Assembly: GCF_009914755.1 (NCBI RefSeq)
Contig: NC_060947.1
DNA length: 64,000 nucleotides
Direction: 5' to 3' (one strand)
Source of the DNA: the human T2T-CHM13v2.0 reference genome, Homo sapiens
Shown here: one piece after another, positions 59,942-64,000 of the stretch
How the letters are laid out: every line of letters begins with the position of its first letter
Position numbering within the stretch: the stretch's first letter is position 1
Notes under the pieces: model-generated
What the model saw: the letters and a program-made list of their open reading frames with translations, nothing else
What the model was told of the DNA's origin: nothing
Databases searched by the model: none
Translations under genes and position numbers: made by a program

Positions 59942-60955
59942 ATTTTTTTTATTTCAAATTTTATTATAGATTAAAGGGTATATGCACAGATTTGCTACAT
60001 GGGTAAACTGCATGACGCTGAGACTTGGGGTCCAACAATCTGATCACCCAGGCTGTAACCATGGTACCCAACAGGTGGTTCTTCGGCCCCCAAACCCACC
60101 TCCCTCCCTCCCTTGTCTAGTGATCCCCAGTGTCTATCATTTCCATCTTTATGATCATGTGTATTCAGTGTTTAACACCCACTTATGAGTGAGAACATGC
60201 GGTATTTGGTTTTCTATTCTTGCATTAGATCACTTAGGATAAAGGCCTCCAGCTCCACCCATGTTGCTGCAAAGGGCATGGTTTCATTCTTTTTATGGCT
60301 GCGTAGTATTCCATGGTATATATGTGCCACATTATCTTTATCCAGTCCACTGTTGGTGGGCACTTAGGTTAGTTCCGTGTCCTTGCTTTTGTGAATAGTG
60401 CTGCAGTGAACATACAGGTGCATGTGTCTTTATGATAGAATGAGTTATTTTCCTTTGGGTATATATCAAGTAATGGAATTGTTGGGTTGAATGGTAGTTC
60501 TATTTTAAGTCCTTTTTTTTTTTTTTTTTTTTTTTTGAGACATAGTCTTGCTCTGTTGCCCAGGCTGGGGTGCAGTGGTGCAATCTTGGCTCACTGCAAC
60601 CTCCACCTCCTGGGTTCAAGTGATTCTTATGCCACAGCCTCCTGAGTTTCTGGTATTACAGTTGTACACCACCATGCCTGGCTAATTTTTGTATTTTTAG
60701 TAGAGACGGTGTTTCGTTATGTTGTCCAGGCTGGTCCCGAACTCATGATCTCAAGTGATCCAACCGCCTCAGCCTCCCAAAGTGCTGGGATTATAGGCGT
60801 GAACCACTGTGCCTGGCCTATTTTAAGTTCTTTGAGAAATCTCTAAAGTGCTTTCCACGGTGGTGGAACCAGTTTGCATTTCCACCAACAGGGTATAAGC
60901 ATTCCCTATTTTCCACAGCCTCATCAACATCTGTTTTCTGACTTTTAAATAATCA
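59942..60955 (-). mobile_element. L1PA/L1PB 3' fragment with nested Alu 60512-60818 (TSD tattttaagt)
   Basis: cccacttatgagtgagaacatgcggtatttggttttc L1 motif; TSD at ~60501 and ~60819. Confidence 0.85.
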
Positions 60956-61684
60956 CCAGGGAATGAATGTTGAGGGTCAAGGGCCTTTGTAGACTGCTGA
61001 CCAAGTAGCTGCTATGTATAAAATTGACTGTTAGAGAAACCTCAACTACAGAGTGTCTGTGAGTTTGATGTTTTGATGTTTTGGGACAAATGGAATTTTT
61101 TGCTCAGTTAGGGAGGAAGGTAACAGTATAAATATTGCTGATTATGTAACAGGCCCAGTGCACTCCAAAGTATTAGCATAGAGTACAAGATTTAACTCTA
61201 TCATTTGGTAAATTACTATTACTATAATCCTTAAGTAATTAATAATGGTTCCGTTCATCACTTTAGAAAATTTGGGGGAATTATTTTCAAATAATTTTAA
61301 TAAACTTCTATGTTGAAATAATTTTTGATTTACAGAAAAGTTGCAAAGGTGGGACAGAGGGTTCCTGTATACCCATCACCCAGTTTCTGGGGGATGATTT
61401 TGATAGTCTCAGGAGAACTTCTCAGGAAAGTTTAAAATGATGTTTCACAGTTCCTCCTCTTTCTCTTCCCTCTTCAGATTAGTCAAAGCTCTAGCTCCAG
61501 CTGTTTAGTGTCAGACCTCAGGGGAACAAGGGCTGCTAAGTCTCTTTCTCAGTACTTCTTTGGAAAAGCTATAAAAAAACAATTACCAGGTCATGTTAGC
61601 AAGCAGAATTAAAGATGAGCTTCTTAAACTTACTTATAGAACTGCTGAGATTTTGAACAATCTGATTTTTTGTTGTTGTCATTG

Positions 61685-62640
61685 TTTTTGAGACAGGGTC
61701 TTGCTCCGTCACCCAGGCTAGAGTGCAGTGGCATGATCTTGGCTCACTGCAGCGGCATGATCTTGGCTCACTGCAGCCTCAAACTCCCGGGCTCAAGTCA
61801 TCCTTTTGCTTCAGCCCCCCAGTACCTGGGACTATAGGCATGTACCAGCATGTTTGGCTAACTTTTGTAACTTTTTTGTATAGATGGGATTTTGCTATGT
61901 TGCCGGGGCTGGTCTCAAACTCCTGGGCTCAAGCCGCTTGGTCTCCCAAAGTGCCAGGATTACAGGTGTGAGCCGCCGTGCCCAGTCTGAAGAGTCTGTA
62001 TGGAGTGAGGTGTGGATCCCAAGGTTAGGGAACCCCAAATTCCTGGAAGAGAACAACTTGGAAATATTAGTATTTAAGAATATCACTCTTCTCTATGGAA
62101 GTGGTTAAGAATGTGACCTTGGAGCCACACTTTTCAAGTGACACTCCCAGCTCTGCCGTTTACTGTAGCCATGGGATATGGAACAAATTACTTCACCTGC
62201 TTGTTGCTTCAGTTGCCTCATCTTTAACATGAGGCCAATAGGCCAGGTGTGGTGGCTTTATACCTGTAATCCCAGAACTTTGGGAGGCCAAGGTGGGCGG
62301 ATCACTTGAGCTCAGGAGTTCGAGACCAGCCTGGCCAGTGTGGCAAAAACCCATCTCTACTAAAATTACAAAAATTAGCCAGGCGTGGTGGCATGTGCCT
62401 GTAGTCCCAGTAACAGGCTAGGTGAATCACTTCACCCCAGGAGGCAGAGGCTGCAGTGAGCTGAGATCGTGCCACTGCACTCCAGCCTGGGTTACAAAGT
62501 GAGATTCTATCTCAAAAAACAACAACAACAAAAACATGAGGCTAATACTAGTCCCTATCTCCAAGATTGTTGTGAGGATTAAATGGATTAATATGTGTGG
62601 AATATTTAGAATAGTCCCTGGCCCAGTAAATGTTAGATGT
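61685..62640. mobile_element. Alu 61685-61986(-), and Alu 62240-62533(+) inserted in a MIR (~62100-62640)
   Basis: Alu motifs; MIR halves flank the Alu with near-TSD aacatgaggc(c/t)aata. Confidence 0.8.
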
Positions 62641-62747
62641 TGTTAACTCAGTTATTACTGTCTTGCCCTCTAGGACTTGGGAGAATTAAGCAAACCATTA
62701 AAAATACTGTTGATAAATTCATTTTTTTTTGTCCTTGATTTGAACAG

Positions 62748-62887
62748 AAACTCAGCCACCTGTGACAAATTTGAGTGTCTCTGTTGAAAACCTCTGCACA
62801 GTAATATGGACATGGAATCCACCCGAGGGAGCCAGCTCAAATTGTAGTCTATGGTATTTTAGTCATTTTGGCGACAAACAAGATAAG
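62748..62887 (+). CDS. IL13RA1: IL13RA1 exon 2 (ETQPPVTNLSVSVENLCTVIWTWNPPEGASSNCSLWYFSHFGDKQDK), D1 FnIII/Ig-like domain
   Basis: Acceptor poly-T...gaacag ends 62747, donor gtaagt at 62888; 140 nt, in frame with exon 1; gene continues beyond the window. Confidence 0.97.
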
Positions 62888-64000
62888 GTAAGTTTTCTGC
62901 AACATGTTACATTGATGAGGTAAAGTGAACACTATGAATTGGAGCCAAGAATAAGCCAAATTCTAGTCTTACGTCAAAGTGGAAATTGTATTTTAGGGTG
63001 TGTTTAAATTTCAGTTGGGGAAATTATAGAAGCAACTATTGACACAAGTGAACACTTAAAAATATTTGCTAATTATTTGACAATTAAATGCAATTGAGAT
63101 TGCTCTGACAGGAAATACTAGATATCTTTTTCTCTAAGGTACTCAATAAATAATTATGTTATTGTTAAAATTTGTTCCTATGTTCCTGCCTGTAGCTGTA
63201 TTGCCTTGTATCTATATAACACTTAATTTTGGGGAATTTTTACATTTACCATCTTGCTAATCACATGGACAAATAGATGTACAGGCACTATGTGGTGTAA
63301 AAGTAAACGGCCATATGGAAAGTGAAAAAGTAAGTTGTCAGTGGCAGGTGTGTTTGAGTAGAGGGTTCTGTAATGCCCGCGGAAAAAGGAGGAAGACTTT
63401 CAAGATTTCTAGTCAACTGATATAAGTGAATTTTTGTTAATAGGTTTGGATAATTTCAGGTCCTTTATGATAATCTTATTCAACTTTTTTTTCAAAATCT
63501 TTTTATACCTTCTTTCGGTGTGTATGTGTTTGTTGCAGGGTGGCGGCGGTGAGTGGGTTGGGTGTTTGGGGTTGAATTTGTCCAGGATTTTGAGTAGGCA
63601 GAATGAGAAGTTATTAGCAACAGTGCTTTGCATCAGTGAATTGTAGAAGCACCAAGTTCAGGCAGCTTTGGTGGCAGGAAGTCAGGAGAACTAGCTTCTG
63701 ATTGGCACTGTCACTCTTAGCTGACTCTATGGCCTGGAATAAATTGCTTAACCTCTCTGAGCGTTTGTTTCCTTATGTATAAAGTATGGCTTTACTCACT
63801 TCGCTGGCTTGCTGGGACACAGAAAATAATGTATATATACAAAAGTTTAATAGTCAGGATGGAACATGCTCTTCCTCTGGAGGGAAATTTGCTAATCTGC
63901 CTTCCTCTCCCTTGTCCTGCTGAGGTGTTACTTATGGTTTAGGCGTTAATTGATAAAGAATTGAGGCTTATCAGAAGTATTTGCATTTTAAAAGAGGTCT

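Overview
Primate (human or great-ape-like) genomic DNA, not prokaryotic. The + strand carries the last five coding exons and 3'UTR of DOCK11 (DOCK-D/Zizimin Cdc42 GEF, C-terminal DHR-2 region; 2235-7560, polyA signal 7876). About 41 kb of repeat-dense intergenic DNA follows, with roughly 50 Alus across the window, old L1/L2/MIR, MER20, MER58, MLT1, a MER50-like LTR and an intact solo LTR12/ERV9 with TSDs. Then come the CpG-island promoter and first two coding exons of IL13RA1 (ATG 49369; exon 2 62748-62887). This gene order matches human Xq24. Nearly all listed ORFs are Alu/L1/LTR/GC-rich artefacts. I found no support for a new multi-gene system. The features worth a second look are small: a GC-AG final DOCK11 intron with a candidate alternative last exon, an apparent Alu-Alu gene-conversion tract, a ~96-bp duplication flanking an L1PA insert, a serial template-switch hairpin scar, a 41-bp Alu stub with perfect 16-bp TSDs, an unexplained 31-bp direct repeat, a G4 and a palindromic microsatellite born inside Alus, and an LTR12 promoter aimed at DOCK11. 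Repeat boundaries and subfamily names are by eye and approximate.
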